A program made the translations under genes and the position numbers. DNA of 64,000 nucleotides from Lytechinus pictus (lineage: Eukaryota), in contig NC_087250.1 in the NCBI RefSeq assembly GCF_037042905.1, positions 19,718,001 to 19,782,000 of the forward strand. The letters are read 5' to 3'. Each line of letters opens with the position of its first letter. Within the stretch, counting starts at the first letter, position 1. Shown in pieces: positions 37,001 to 49,700 of this stretch. The notes below the pieces were generated by a model, which did no database searches, had not been told where the DNA came from, and was given only the letters and a program-made list of their open reading frames with translations.

Positions 37001-38909
37001 GAGAACAATCAAATAAACAGATCAATGATTTAATAATAAAAAAGTTACACTCTGGTAATCAACGATTTAAAATTAATCCAGATCGGCTGTGGATAGTGAC
37101 CAGCCGAATGTTGAATTTATTTTAAATCTTTAGGATTAATTTTCAATTCTCAAAACATTTAAATTCAAATCTTTTAGATTTATATTTAAATCTTCAAGGT
37201 TTAAAAATAAATCTAATATTCGGCTGGTCATTATTCACAGCCGATCTGGATTTATTTTAAATCCTTGAATTTTAGAGTATATGAGTATTTGAACAATGAT
37301 GCCATGTGGATCCTCCCATTAGGAGGCTGCACTCTACAAGCTCCGCTTTTTAGCATCCTCCTCCAATTCCAACCTGATATGTAATAATCTTGAATATAAT
37401 TTTTGTACAGGGATACTTGTAATATGATTTGTTATTTGTATGTCAAAATGTACAAAACAAACTGTAATTGTTGAAAATAGAAATAAACGAAATGAAATGA
37501 AATGAAAAAAATTGCAACGCGACCTGTCACACACTATTGTATGATGGTGGGCCCTAAGTCTGCGCACCTAACAATTTGAGTTAAGATTTAACATGAATTT
37601 CTTCTTATTTCACAAAATCTTTTGGATAATAATGTTCTTTATATTATTGAGAGTAAGTATACCAAATTTCTCATTAAAAAATGAAAGAGAATATAGGATT
37701 TTCTTGAAAAAACCTTGGGCAGTCATTTTCAGATTGAAAAAAAAAATGGTACCCCATGCCTGCGCACTCATTCACTTTGCACACGATTCGGAGATTTTGA
37801 TGAGAAAGGCTGTATTTTGAGGCCGTCACATGAAATGCCCTGAATTCATTATTTTTTCACCATTTTGAGTCGGATTTTTTTATGAATAGCTGTCTATGTA
37901 TTGCATGTGTAAAGACTAAAGTTCGTGCTCGTTGCGTATCTTCTTTTACTAGAATCGCGCAGATACGCGGGTGCGCAGACTTGGGAGACCGCGCAGACAT
38001 GGGGGAACTGACCATACAGTGCGTCCCAGAAACAAAGAAAACCGTGATTCACATGTCACTTTCCTTCATAGCAAAATAAATTACGATATTTAATTTACAT
38101 CATCATATAATTCAATTCTTCTTTATTTTGATACATAATTATGAGACGAACAGTCCACGGATTTGTGTGCTCGACAAAATAATTTGAAATTTTCATGTCA
38201 AAATCAGGTTGCGCAGAAAAAAATGACAACCGTGATTATTCGCCGATTGGCTCATTAGCATTTATTATTTATTCTTTGTTACGATTTTCTCTCACTGATC
38301 CCCGCCTGAAATGAGAGTGGATTCAGAATCCTACGTGAGTTTCTGCGTAAATGGTGTCTGATATGCCTCAATATTTATTGCTTTTTTATTTTAAACTGCC
38401 ATGCGGGGACGATTTGCTAAGCTTTTGGTATGAAATTAAAGATGAGATTCCACTCTTACCATAAGTATGAAATTTATAGTGGAAACATATTTAATGATTA
38501 TGAAATATATCTCACGTAAAAAAATATTTCACCCTTCTCTTTTTTTTTCTTGATCGTGATTTTTTTTTGTTTTTTGGGTGGGGCAAGTGTCCCCAAGCAC
38601 CCCATCTGTACGTCACTGACATTTGTGTTTACAACTTTTAAATGCTCATAACTTTCTTATTGCTTGTCCAGTTAGTCTCCTTTTATTGATTATCATTTTA
38701 TAATTATCTAGACCTATCTGTTTCACGTAAGCTTACTTGCTCCGATCCAATGGTTTTATTCTCCTTCAATAAAAATGCTTATCTGTTTGCTTGTTTTTTA
38801 TCAGCAATACGCACGTGACTCGAATGACCAACGATTCGAAACATTGAATGGGTCAAGAAAACCACCAATACCAGCAAAACCAGCAATAAAACGATCCCAG
38901 TGGGTTTAA
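34015..38909 (+). CDS. Uncharacterised ~208-aa protein with a possible TIR-like domain; exons 34015-34288, 34848-35095, 38805-38909 (last exon less certain)
   Basis: GC-richer open frames joined by phase-compatible GT-AG introns (phase 1 then 0); acceptor at 33987 just upstream of the ATG; alternating beta/alpha pattern; Pro/Lys tail RKPPIPAKPAIKRSQWV. Confidence 0.65.
36089..36683. mobile_element. TTAA-flanked MITE (Kolobok-like); second copy at 47812-48570
   Basis: ttaa|aggggaatccagcc ... ggttggattcccct|ttaa. Confidence 0.85.
37320..37506 (+). mobile_element. Probable LINE 3' end with (GAAAT)n tail; second copy at 59551-59714
   Basis: Two similar copies taggaggctgcactctacaa...gaaataaa.gaaatgaaatgaaa. 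Confidence 0.55.
37548..37990. mobile_element. MITE with AAGTCTGCGCACC TIRs
   Basis: gggccctaagtctgcgcacc / ggtgcgcagacttgggagacc. Confidence 0.6.
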
Positions 38910-40714
38910 GAGAAGACAGCATGCACTATAGCTTGAAACAGGTTAGTCAATAATTTTACAAGAAAGCTATTTTTTATGAAAGAACGTAAAGGATGTTTTA
39001 CCCAACGTGTTTTACAGACTGCCGTTTGTACATTGTTAACTTGTTATCTAATTAATTTGAATGATGTATATTGTTTTACAATACGCCAAATGAGATGTTA
39101 CTTGAATTATATCTGTCTGTTGGATATGAAGATAAATAGAATGAATGAAATTAAATGTGTTATCGGACACAGTCCGTTTCATCCAACAATACCACATTAA
39201 GTAGCTTCACACCTATATGCTACAGTACAACCACTCAAAATCAAATATAAATATCAGGGTCCCGTCTTACAAAGAGTTGTGATTGATCCAATCAACCACA
39301 TGCAATTACGGAAAGCCAGCCGGGCCAACATCAACTTTTTAGGCACGTTTGCTCAAAATGTTTTTCTAGATAAGATCACTGGCGGATCAAGGAGGAAGGG
39401 GTGCACATCCGGCCCGTGCCCCGCTTTTGAGAGCCATAGTCATTTTTTAAAAATGTAAATATGCCGTTCTTACACACGTGTGTCCCCTCCCCTTTTCGAG
39501 TCACATAATGCGACTATGCCGTTCAAGCACAGGATTTTTTTTGGTAAAATTTTTCTCGGGAAAATTTCCCCCCCCCCTTTTTGGAAATCCTGGATTCGCC
39601 CCTGGATAAAATTTATACTATACATTCATTGTTGCGTTGACAATTTGATGTTCTCCTCTTTGTTTACAAGAGAACGTTGTGCAAAAATTCGTTAGGAAAA
39701 TTACGACACTGGTGGATTTCCATATAGTTGAGATTGATCGATTCAATCGTAACTCTTTGTAAGACAGGACCCTGGGGCCCGTTGCAGAAAGAGTTGCGAT
39801 CAAACGCAACTAAAATAAAATTTTGAGCAACTTGATTTTCAGCCAATGAAGCACTTGACTTGCGCTTGATATTTTGACTTGCGTTTAATCGCAACTCTTT
39901 CTGCAACAGCTAGGCACCTGGGGAGCGTTTCATGAAAGGATTTTATCCGACAAGTCCTGTTTTATCCGACAATTACCATAGTAATAGTACCTCTCAGCCA
40001 ATCAGAATCAGAGAAAGTTGTCTGATCCGAGTGTCGGACAAAAATGTTGATGAAACGCTCCCCTGATCCCCCTGATGTAACAAATATTATACGACGACAA
40101 ATGTTGATGAAACGCGCTCGGACCATCATGCCCGTTGAGTGAAAATAGCCTACTTCCAGACAGTCTGTGAGCGTGACACGATAATAAAATAAGCAAGCGT
40201 TTATAGAATCCTGCGAACAATTATTCATAATTGCTTCAAAGTTATTCCCAACAATATTGATAGAAGCAAACGATCACTATTACCTTTCTTCTATATCATA
40301 GTTTATTATTCGGGGGCAAACGATCTTTCTACCATATTTTTTCATACCTACTCACACTGGCGAATCCAGGGGGGGGGGGTGCACCGCCGGCCAGTGCCCC
40401 CCCCCCTTGAGAGGCACAATTAAAAATTGTATGTAAAAATGCCATTAAAACAGAAAAACAGAAGTGTGCCCCCCCCCCCCTTTGAAAGTGAATACTTTTT
40501 TTTGCTTGCCAAATTCCTAGGGATAATGTGCCCCCCCCCTTTGGGAAATCCTGGATCCACCCCTGCCTATAAGTTACCAGACATAATTATCCCTGACCAT
40601 TTATTTTTATGGATAATTTTCAATTCATCTGGTCCCCACTCGCCAATTTCGATGAAAAATTAACATTTATAGCTCCATCATTCTTTGATATACCTTGCAT
40701 TTATTTTCTTGACT

Positions 40715-42037
40715 CTAGGCCTTGGATCCGTTGACCTTTGAAACTGATTCTTTCACATTTGTACTTATTACCGCGGACTCCGGATTATGACCAAATAGCG
40801 GAGCGCCATTCCGAGGTGATCCGATCGGCCCTGCACAGAATAACTGCTTAAGCGCCTTCCGGAACGGAGGATGACGGATGGTATAGATAATCGGGTTAGC
40901 GCAGGAATTGATGAACATGAGCAGGATTAAGCTAGAACTCAAGGGACTCCAAATGTAAGTAATGGGTAAGACGCCCATGTTCACCAGGAAATAGGCTGTC
41001 ATGTTCGGGGTGAAGCAAATGATGTAGGCGCTGACAACGATTAGCATGAGTTTGAGGACGCGGTTCCTGGCGACGACATGGAACGTTGGTCTGTCGGTCT
41101 TCTGGATCTGTGCGTTCTTAGCGATCTTGCGTTGATTGTGAAGGGAACATGCCGTGAGACTTTGAGTAATGAGGAGGGTCGTGATCGGGAGGACTACGGT
41201 CACCAGGTAATTGAAGATTCCAATGGGGAGGACAACGCTCGGGACAGCTCTGTAGAGGCATGTGCACTGGGGAGTTATCACAAAGACAAAGGGGATGAAC
41301 AACGCGGAAAGTATGCCAGCTACCCAGATAAGCATGATGGCCATCTTGCTGCGTCGAGGGGTAAATACGAACATGTGGTGAAGAGGATTCGCAACAGCCA
41401 TGTAACGTTCGATTCCCATTGCCATGAGAATGTAGGACGATGTCCGCAGTCCATGAAATAGGAAATACCGAGAGTCTATCATCTTGCAGAAGAAGAACCC
41501 TAGCGGCGAGCGCGGTATCCTCTTCGATGTTGGCACTGGGATGATAAAGACGGAGCTGACCAAGTCGGCAATGGCTAACGCACCCACCATGATATCCATT
41601 GAGTGCAAGGCCTCACGACGTTTGGCTAGGACGACAATAACAAGAAGGTTCCCAGTGATGCCGACGACACCGATGAGTACCTGGATACAGTCGAATATTC
41701 CCCATCTTAGTACATTCCATTCCCAAGAATCACAGGACTTTGTGGTGTGGTCCATGTCACTTCCGTTGATCAGGTTTCTCTCTATCCTTACAGGAAACAT
41801 ACTTTCTTCTCTATCCATCGCAATACCCCCTCTTGCTGTTACCCATGCGAAGGCATCGTAGCCCTCCGTCGTCATGGTGTAATTGAGAAACACATCGTTA
41901 AGAACAGCTCTTTCACTTGTCAGTGTGACGCCCTCTACGATGGAACTTGTATTTTGGCTGTTTTTAAATGAGATGTCGTCTGCCATACTCCCATAAAGTT
42001 TGATCAGGAAGAAAATCAAAGCTACTTGATTTTTCAT
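40715..42037 (-). CDS. Class A (rhodopsin-family) 7TM GPCR, peptide-receptor-like (galanin/allatostatin-A-like), 440 aa, intronless CDS
   Basis: Signal-peptide-like MKNQVALIFFLIKLYGSMA; TM1 GN, TM2 LAIAD, TM3 C and ERY, TM4 W, TM6 CFTP, TM7 NSCANPIIY, helix 8 FRKALKQLF; splice acceptor at ~42073 upstream of the ATG. Confidence 0.93.
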   Translation of the reverse strand: MKNQVALIFFLIKLYGSMADDISFKNSQNTSSIVEGVTLTSERAVLNDVFLNYTMTTEGYDAFAWVTARGGIAMDREESMFPVRIERNLINGSDMDHTTKSCDSWEWNVLRWGIFDCIQVLIGVVGITGNLLVIVVLAKRREALHSMDIMVGALAIADLVSSVFIIPVPTSKRIPRSPLGFFFCKMIDSRYFLFHGLRTSSYILMAMGIERYMAVANPLHHMFVFTPRRSKMAIMLIWVAGILSALFIPFVFVITPQCTCLYRAVPSVVLPIGIFNYLVTVVLPITTLLITQSLTACSLHNQRKIAKNAQIQKTDRPTFHVVARNRVLKLMLIVVSAYIICFTPNMTAYFLVNMGVLPITYIWSPLSSSLILLMFINSCANPIIYTIRHPPFRKALKQLFCAGPIGSPRNGAPLFGHNPESAVISTNVKESVSKVNGSKA

Positions 42038-42349
42038 GATGAGTTCTTGCCGTCTGAAGCACCCAACGAAATCTGTCAAAATCGAAAAAAAAAAAAAAAA
42101 ACACATCTACACCTAAAATGTTATAAGACAAAAAGTATCTGTGTGTTGATAACATTAATAATGCATATTAATAGGTAAGCTTTATAGTGCGCCAAATCCA
42201 TTCTGCAGAGTGCCCAAGGCGCAAAAGAAAAAAAAAGAAAGAGGGTGAAAGGAAGTATACACATTTATGTAATTATGAAACAGGGAAGTGGGAATTTAGA
42301 AACTCTTACTTCCTTCATGTCCTTGATAAACAGAACGAGCTATCATTAA

Positions 42350-42688
42350 AGGGATTCTCTGGGCTGAAGATATTTATATCTCAATAAATAGAGTAAACTT
42401 CCAAAGGGAAAATTCTAAAATTTGATCAAGATGGGATAACAAATAATGAACAATTACGATTTCATGTAATAACATAAGAAAAAGGAAAGTTGGGATGTGC
42501 CATCATCAGCCCACGTAATGAATGTTCATGAAGACATACCTAGAACTGTTTTACCAGAATAATGCAAATCTTTAAAGGTCAAAAGCTTTGTTATTTGTCA
42601 TCCGATTTAGATCAAATTTCCAGCATTTTGCTCTGTGAATCTTACTCTATTTGTTTAAATATAAATACCTTCAGCCTGGAGCATCCCT
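42350..42688. mobile_element. TTAA-flanked MITE (Kolobok-like), diverged
   Basis: ttaa|agggattctctgggctgaag ... cttcagcctggagcatccct|ttaa. Confidence 0.7.
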
Positions 42689-43029
42689 TTAAGAGTAGGA
42701 AGAATTGAAAAGACGCGTCTTTTGTTAGGTAAAGTTTGTAAAAGCGGAAGCATTCTCGGATAGCCAGAAGAGAACAGTACCAGCGTGAGCAAAAGCCCAT
42801 ACCCGAAAGATTTTGGAACAACTAGGGAACCAAAGTTGGATGAACGTGGGGACCAGGGGTCCATTTCATAAAGAGTTACAACTGTTATAACTTTGCCATT
42901 ATGGCAACTACCATGGCAAGAGGGCTCGGCAGCCAATCAAAATCAAGGTTACCATGGTAGTAAATTGCTATAATGGCAAAGTTACAACAGTTGCAACCCT
43001 TAATGAAACTGGCCCCAGACTAGAGTGTA

Positions 43030-43350
43030 TATGTTATTATTGTAATGTGGAGCAGAACCGTCGATCGCATAGAATACAAGGAGAAATATTTTGAAGATGA
43101 TGGAGTCATTGACTTGTAACCAAAGTAGAGATTTCATAATGGGTGTGATATGAATATGTTTTTTTTTAGATTGGGAGAGCACTCATGCTACAGTACGTGT
43201 TTTTTTTAGCTTTGGGAGTTTTAAAAACTGGGTATTTGCATAGCAAAGCATTCCCAAAATTGAGTCGCGAAGAAATTAGGGGGTGAACTGGAACTAATAT
43301 TTCAGATTTTTACAATTATTTCCTGATGAACCCAATATTGCGGAGTTGAT
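43030..43350 (-). mobile_element. L2-type LINE ORF2 C-terminal remnant
   Basis: Minus-strand frames read LISSRLNFGNALL and HITPIMKSLLWLQVNDSIIFKIFLLVFYAIDGSAPHY. Confidence 0.75.
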
Positions 43351-43706
43351 ACCTTACAGATTTACAGATGCTAGTGATTTGATTGACATTCATTTTTTGA
43401 CGTTTCACAATTAAATGGGTACTCCAGGCCGAAAATAATTATATCTATATTCTAGTGGTTCTCAAAGATTGGTGAATCCCACCAGAAAATGATCATAATT
43501 AGTTCAGGTGTTCAAGTTGTTCTGCCATGGTTTAGATATTCATTTGTGAAATCAGGTGATAAAATATTACTTTCAAAATAAAGTTTGTTTCCCTCGGCTC
43601 GCCGAACGTTGTTGTCTACATACAGCACTCAGCATGAAGGATTGCATTCTGTGGTGGTGCTCGTCTAACTTTTGGGCACAAACAGAGTAAAATTCACGGA
43701 TCAAAA

Positions 43707-45495
43707 GGCAGTTTATAATCACTCGCGTCGCGTTCTGGTTCGTAATCACTCGCGTTTTGAATTTTTGGCGATTTTTTTTATTTCGGTGCGATTTTTTTTT
43801 AACGGTGTCTTCAATGGGACAGACATGCAGGGAAATTTGAGTTTCGTTTTAAGCCGGCAATTAAAGAATAGAAAACAAGCTTGATCCGCCCCAGACAGCT
43901 GGCAGCAGTCTGTTTCGAGGAGTTTTTTTCAAACATTTTTAATTTTTTTTTGAATTTCTCTGTATTTGGTGAGTGGAGCCAACGGAGTTCAGCGGAACAA
44001 CCAACATAATAATTAATAGACACAAAGACCGAAGCTTTTGGTCAAGATCCGCCCCTGTGGCTGTGCGCGCTCTCACGGTAAAAATTCGCGCGACGATCAA
44101 AGCCAAGGTACCGTACCGTCCCGGTGCCTTCCTGAAAACAGAAGTTGTCGGCTACGTCATTTATCCAGGCCCCTTAAACAACTCCAAGCACGAGGTAACT
44201 CAGATTGAGTCAGAAATAATGGATTGGAAAACAGAAGACATGGCTTCAGGGAGTCACAGTAGGCTGGATACATAAACATAAATAAAACATTGTGATCAAC
44301 AACAAATATACACTTGTAAATACATTACAATACAAATTACAATACAGTGTAGATTTCTTGTCCTTGATAACCCCCAAATTTTTTCATATTTTTCACCCTG
44401 CAACGTCCTGCAAGATTAATGAAAATCCATTTTACCATTTTTAAATTTTGTTCAGTGCACCATCACTGTATAAAAAAAACTTATATCACACACACACACG
44501 ATTATTTGTATAAAGGAACAATTTTGTTGGTCCCTCGGACTTCTTTATAACCAGAGTGCACTTTACTCCCCCTCCTACTTCTCAGTCTTCTTTTTATTCC
44601 CATTATTATGTCATCTTATTCTTCTCCCTGTTCTTCTACTTCTCAATTTCTTCCCTTTCTCCTTATTGTTCATCTCCCTTCTCACTTCTTCCTTTTCTCT
44701 TCTCAGTCTTCCCCTTATTTTATCTTCTCTTTCTCTTCTTCTACATCCTCCCCTCAATTTTCTCTTTTTAGTTTCATTTTTACCCCCTTATGTCCTCCAT
44801 CTTCTTTTTTCTTCTTCTACTTCTCCTCCTCCTTCCTTCTTGCTTTTCTTCTTCAGCACTTTTTTCCTCCCTGATTTTTACGTTAGTGTAGAATAATTCA
44901 CAAAGAAAGGGAGAAGCAAATAAATAGTGATATTATGAAATTGTAGCACCTCGCTATGCTTTATAAAGAATACCACAGACTTCAGGAAAATCCTCCAAAG
45001 GCAAAGCTAAATCGAGAGTAGCCTTTCCTCCTTTTTCTTCTTTATTCCTTTTCTCCTTTCTTTCTCCTTTTTCCCTTGCTTCTTTCTTTCTGTCTGTCTT
45101 TTTTTTCTTTCTCTTTTCTCCCTCTTTCCCTTCCTTTCTCCCCCCTCTCTCTTTTTTTAGGGGGAGCCCCCCCCCCCGCTTCCGCCGCCTATGGCTCTAA
45201 GATTTAAGATGTGGAATGTGATTATGTTAAAACAGTAGTCAAAATTTGCTTGTTATCTTAAAACAGTGGTCGAGAACGTTTTATTTAAGGCACTTACCAG
45301 CTTAAAATAAAACGAAACTCGAATTTCAATTTCATTTTATTTTTCCAGTACGTTTGTCCCATTGAAGACACCGTTAGAAAAAAAATCGCAGAAGAAGAAG
45401 AAGCACCGAAAAAAAAAAAATCGCCAAAAATAAAAAACGCGTGTGATTACCAACCCGACGCGAGTGATTACGAACGCGAGTGAATATAATAAGCC
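43707..45495. mobile_element. GGC-ended element with ~170-bp TIRs and 8-bp TSD (Merlin-like), nested in a decayed TTAA element (~43411-46030)
   Basis: TSD GATCAAAA at 43699-43706 and 45496-45503; TIR ...tata.tcactcgcgt...caatgggaca.ac. Confidence 0.75.
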
Positions 45496-46756
45496 GATCA
45501 AAATGCTGACATTTGTATCAAAATCTGATGAAAAAATAACGAAGTTATTGAATTTAAAGCTAAGCAATATTTTGTGAAAACAGATATACATAACATGTAT
45601 GCACGTCGTCATGAATATTCATTAAGTGGGCTGATGAGTCATTTCCCCGCCTAATATGTGAAATCATGATTATTTCATGTGTGTATGATAATTATGTCAT
45701 ATTTTGAGTTGCAGCAATGGATATTCATTGGATTAAATCATTTGCCAATTCATATTGTTTTTTAATTCTAGGAGGACAAGACTTGAATAAAAATGATTTT
45801 GTATAATAAAATACAGTAGAACAAGTTGGGATATGACATCATCAGTTTGCTCATTGAATATTCATGAAGACATGCCTAGCACTGTTTCAATGCACAGTGC
45901 AAAATTAATCTTTAAAATGTCTTTAATTTGCTATTACTTGTCCGATTTTAATAATATTTCCAATTGTGTTGTTGGTCTGATTTTGGTTAAAATTATGTTT
46001 TTTTCATCCTGGAGTAATTAAACCCTTTAATTCAGACCTGTATAGGTATATAATGTATATAGAAAGCCCGGCCTTTGCAATAATGTAAAATGAATATAGC
46101 TAATATAATCTTTGATTGTTATATTTATTTCAAACGATCTCGTTATGTGTAATATTTGGCGAGTTTGGTTCACTAAAAATGACTTAACAATAAAATCTTA
46201 TACAACTTTTTATAGTTCCGTATTTTATCATAGGACTCGCTTATCATGCTTACTGAGTTTTGTATAATTAAACGTAAAGCAAAACTAATGAGTCGTTAGT
46301 CTGCAACCGCCGTGTTCGAATAAAAAAGATACCGTAAAAACCTTGGGCGAAAAGCAACACCAGATTTTATTCTAATATAAAAAAAAGTGTTATTTCTAGA
46401 TTTTGACAGATGTCACGAGAAAAGATACTTTCATTGCATCTCTTTTCTCTCGATTCCCGCACTGTAAAAACATTGTTTAAAATGTCATACAACGCTGTCT
46501 ATACAATATTTAGTAGTTTAAACGTTTTAACAAGTGTTAATTTATTGAAAATTAATTAAGAATTAAACTTTTATTGTTTAAGATTTGAAACTGTTTAAAC
46601 TGCATTAAGAACTACTGTGAATTTCATGTCGTAAAGAGCGTTGTATAAACATTTTAAACAACAATGTTACTGTGTACAAAACATAATAGGGCTATAAACA
46701 TCCTGTAAAATCATACATTTGTTATATCCTGAAAATTTTTCCACATGTTAACATTG

Positions 46757-49700
46757 TAGTCCGGTCTGTTAGCGTAAAAAACACCCTACTTGTGGACACG
46801 GTGGACAAAAGCATGATTTTTTCTCCAGACCTTTGTTTATGTATAAGAATTAAAAATTGGGTATGCTCCAAAAAATCTGGCTGCAGGAACAGTGAAAAAA
46901 TGGGTGAAAGAGTCAGAATTTATGAGTTTAGATTGGTCTGATATATAGACTAGCGCTAGTGCAAAACTCAATAGCAGTGCATTATTTTGCATTGATTTAG
47001 TTCTTGAATTCAGACCCTTTTTTAACATATGTTCTGTTTGTCCTCGCATCTCAATGCACCAAATATCTGAATGCAGATGCTAAACAAGCCGAAGGGTGGC
47101 GGTGGAGGGGGTTGGATGTTGGTATGTATGTACATATTTTGGTCTTGGGGTAAAGATGTGCAAAACACATTTTTGCATGTGTTGGAAATGGTGTTGCCAT
47201 GGTAACAGTGTATTATGGCAAAAATAAGGTAAAAATCTTGCAGTTAGAACTACTTCCTCTGTTTTCATCCGATTCTAATGAAATTCGGCACACACATTGG
47301 TCTTGAGGTGAAGATGTCTAAGACACATTTTTGTGGGTCTTTCAGAAATCTCGTTGCCATGGTAACAACATATTATATGGTGAAAATTGGGAAAAAAATT
47401 ACAATTCAAACTGCTTTATCAGTTTTCAATCAATTCACATGAAATTCGGCACACACATTGGTATTTAAGTAAAGATGTACAAGGCACTTTTTGTGTGTTT
47501 CAGAAATTGTGTTGCCATGGTAACAACATATTATATGGCAAGATTTAGGTAAAAACCTTGCAATTTGAACTACTTCATCAGTTTTGAAACAATTTTTATG
47601 AAATACGGCTCACACATTGCCCTGGGGTAAAGATGTGCAAGAACCTTTTTTTTTTGCATTTGTCAGAGAGTGCATTGCCAGGGTAACCACATATGATAGC
47701 TAGAAATGCAGGAAAACTCATCGTGGATCAATCTACTTCTCAGTTTTCAGCCTGTACTCATAAATATGACACACATATTAATTTTGGGTAAAGATTCATA
47801 TTCAGTGTTAAAGGGGAATCCAGCCTTGGTCATAACATGTTGTGTGGAAAAGGAGAAAAATAAGAATGGTGAAAGTTTGAAAGAAATCGGACAAGCAAAA
47901 TTTATGGCAGCTTTAAAATTAAGATCCCTAAGACTGCTAGTATGTAGATTTCAAATTGGCAACTGGGTAAGTAAATTATGACAAGGGGCGAGGCTGCAAG
48001 GACAACTTTCCCATAGGGCTTGTACTTAATTATCAGGATTTTTGGTTTTCTCCTAAATCCCTATTCCATTGGGGCCGTAATATAAACCCGGGGGCCGTTT
48101 CATAAAGCTGTTCGTAAGTTAAGAGCGACTTTAAGAACGACTGGTGATCATTTCTTATGCGCTAAACCATCGCCAATGAATATACCATTTACCACAAGAA
48201 AGGATCTCCAGTCGTTCTTAAAGTCGCTCTTAACTTACGAACAGCTTTATGAAACACCCACCTGGTAGTATATTGTTTTTTGTCCTCATGAAAGAAAGAT
48301 ATAATTTGAAGTAAAACTTTTGAAAAAGACATTTTAGCCACTTAATTACTCCAGTACATGGAAGTGTGGTCCTTGCCTTACATCACTATGACATCACATA
48401 TGCGGCCAATTTGAAGTCTTCATGGGTATGGTGATTACCAATGTTTACAACTTTTATATATTCACAAATTTCTTATGGTTTGTCCGATATAGTTCAAACT
48501 TTGACCTATAAACTTGTCTGATTTTTCCTTTTCCTCTAAAAACAAGTGTTTATTTGGGTTGGATTCCCCTTTAACGACATAGCGCAGGGTATTAATCACT
48601 TTCAATAATATTTATAGGTTCTTTTTTTTGGGGGGGGGGCGGAGGAGGTCCTTAAAAACTGACAACATAAAAATATAGAAGGTTAAAGGCCATGACCATT
48701 AGGAACTTAAACACTCTTTTTAAAAAGCACCCCTTCCATTTTTTTTTTTTGGGGGGGGGGGGGCTTTAGAAAATTGCCACATAAAGAGTAAAAGGAAATT
48801 ATTACTAGGAACTTAACCCCCCCAAAAAAAAAGGGGGGGAGAAAAATCCTTTACACTTCAGCGTATTAATTTAAAGCCTAAAACATTCTGCTTTGATAAA
48901 AGATCGTTTTCGGTGCCCAATTAATCAATGTTTTATTCATCTTCTTCTGCTCAGTCTTTGTTCATTTCAGTTCCTACTCTGACATTCTTACATCACTTTT
49001 TGTACTTTTGATCTTTACCATACGTTCTTGTTTTGTTTCCTTTCTCCCCCTCTTTGTCTCCCTCTCTAAGTACATTTTTCTTAGCTATTTTAATTCATTA
49101 TTATCTAGCAACAATTATTCCATTTTGAATACTTACACCTACACCGAAATATAATAACATGACATTCATTTTTTTCACAATCTTTTAAACTCCATTTTGG
49201 CTACACTCTGTCCTGAATAATACTATTAGCAATATTTAATGTCTAGTTTAAAGAATTGAAGAAATTACTGTCATGGATTTAGTTATTTTCCAAAAATTAT
49301 CTGTGAAAATTTTAGTTTTATCACTGAGTTTTCCCATTCCTGCAGTTACCACCATCTGAAAGGGATATGACTAGAATATAAGTATATGTAGAGAAATAAA
49401 AGTCACCATTTGCTCAATGAACAGTGAATAAGTTTGTCTTTACTCCAATGGAAAATTATTTGCATTTTTTTAATGACAGTCAGAGTTTGCATCCAACAAT
49501 TTTGCTACTGAAACATAATATTCATTTTTTGACAATGGGAGATGTAGGATAAAGCAGGGGCTGTTGCAGAAATATACTGAAAAAATTAAATGAAAGAAAA
49601 AAGAAGGCTAAAATCTATTGTGCACATATGGATATTTTTGATATGGTATGTTATTGAGTCATGGATTTGCAAGTGAATTTCTGAAACAAGTGCAGAGATT

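Noticed and set aside
41078..41971. Plus-strand ORFs overlapping the GPCR
   Set aside because: Antisense shadows of a real CDS with no independent features
42038..42106. N-terminal extension of the GPCR ORF (MCFFFFF...)
   Set aside because: Non-ATG start running through a polypyrimidine tract and splice acceptor; ATG at 42037 gives a signal peptide
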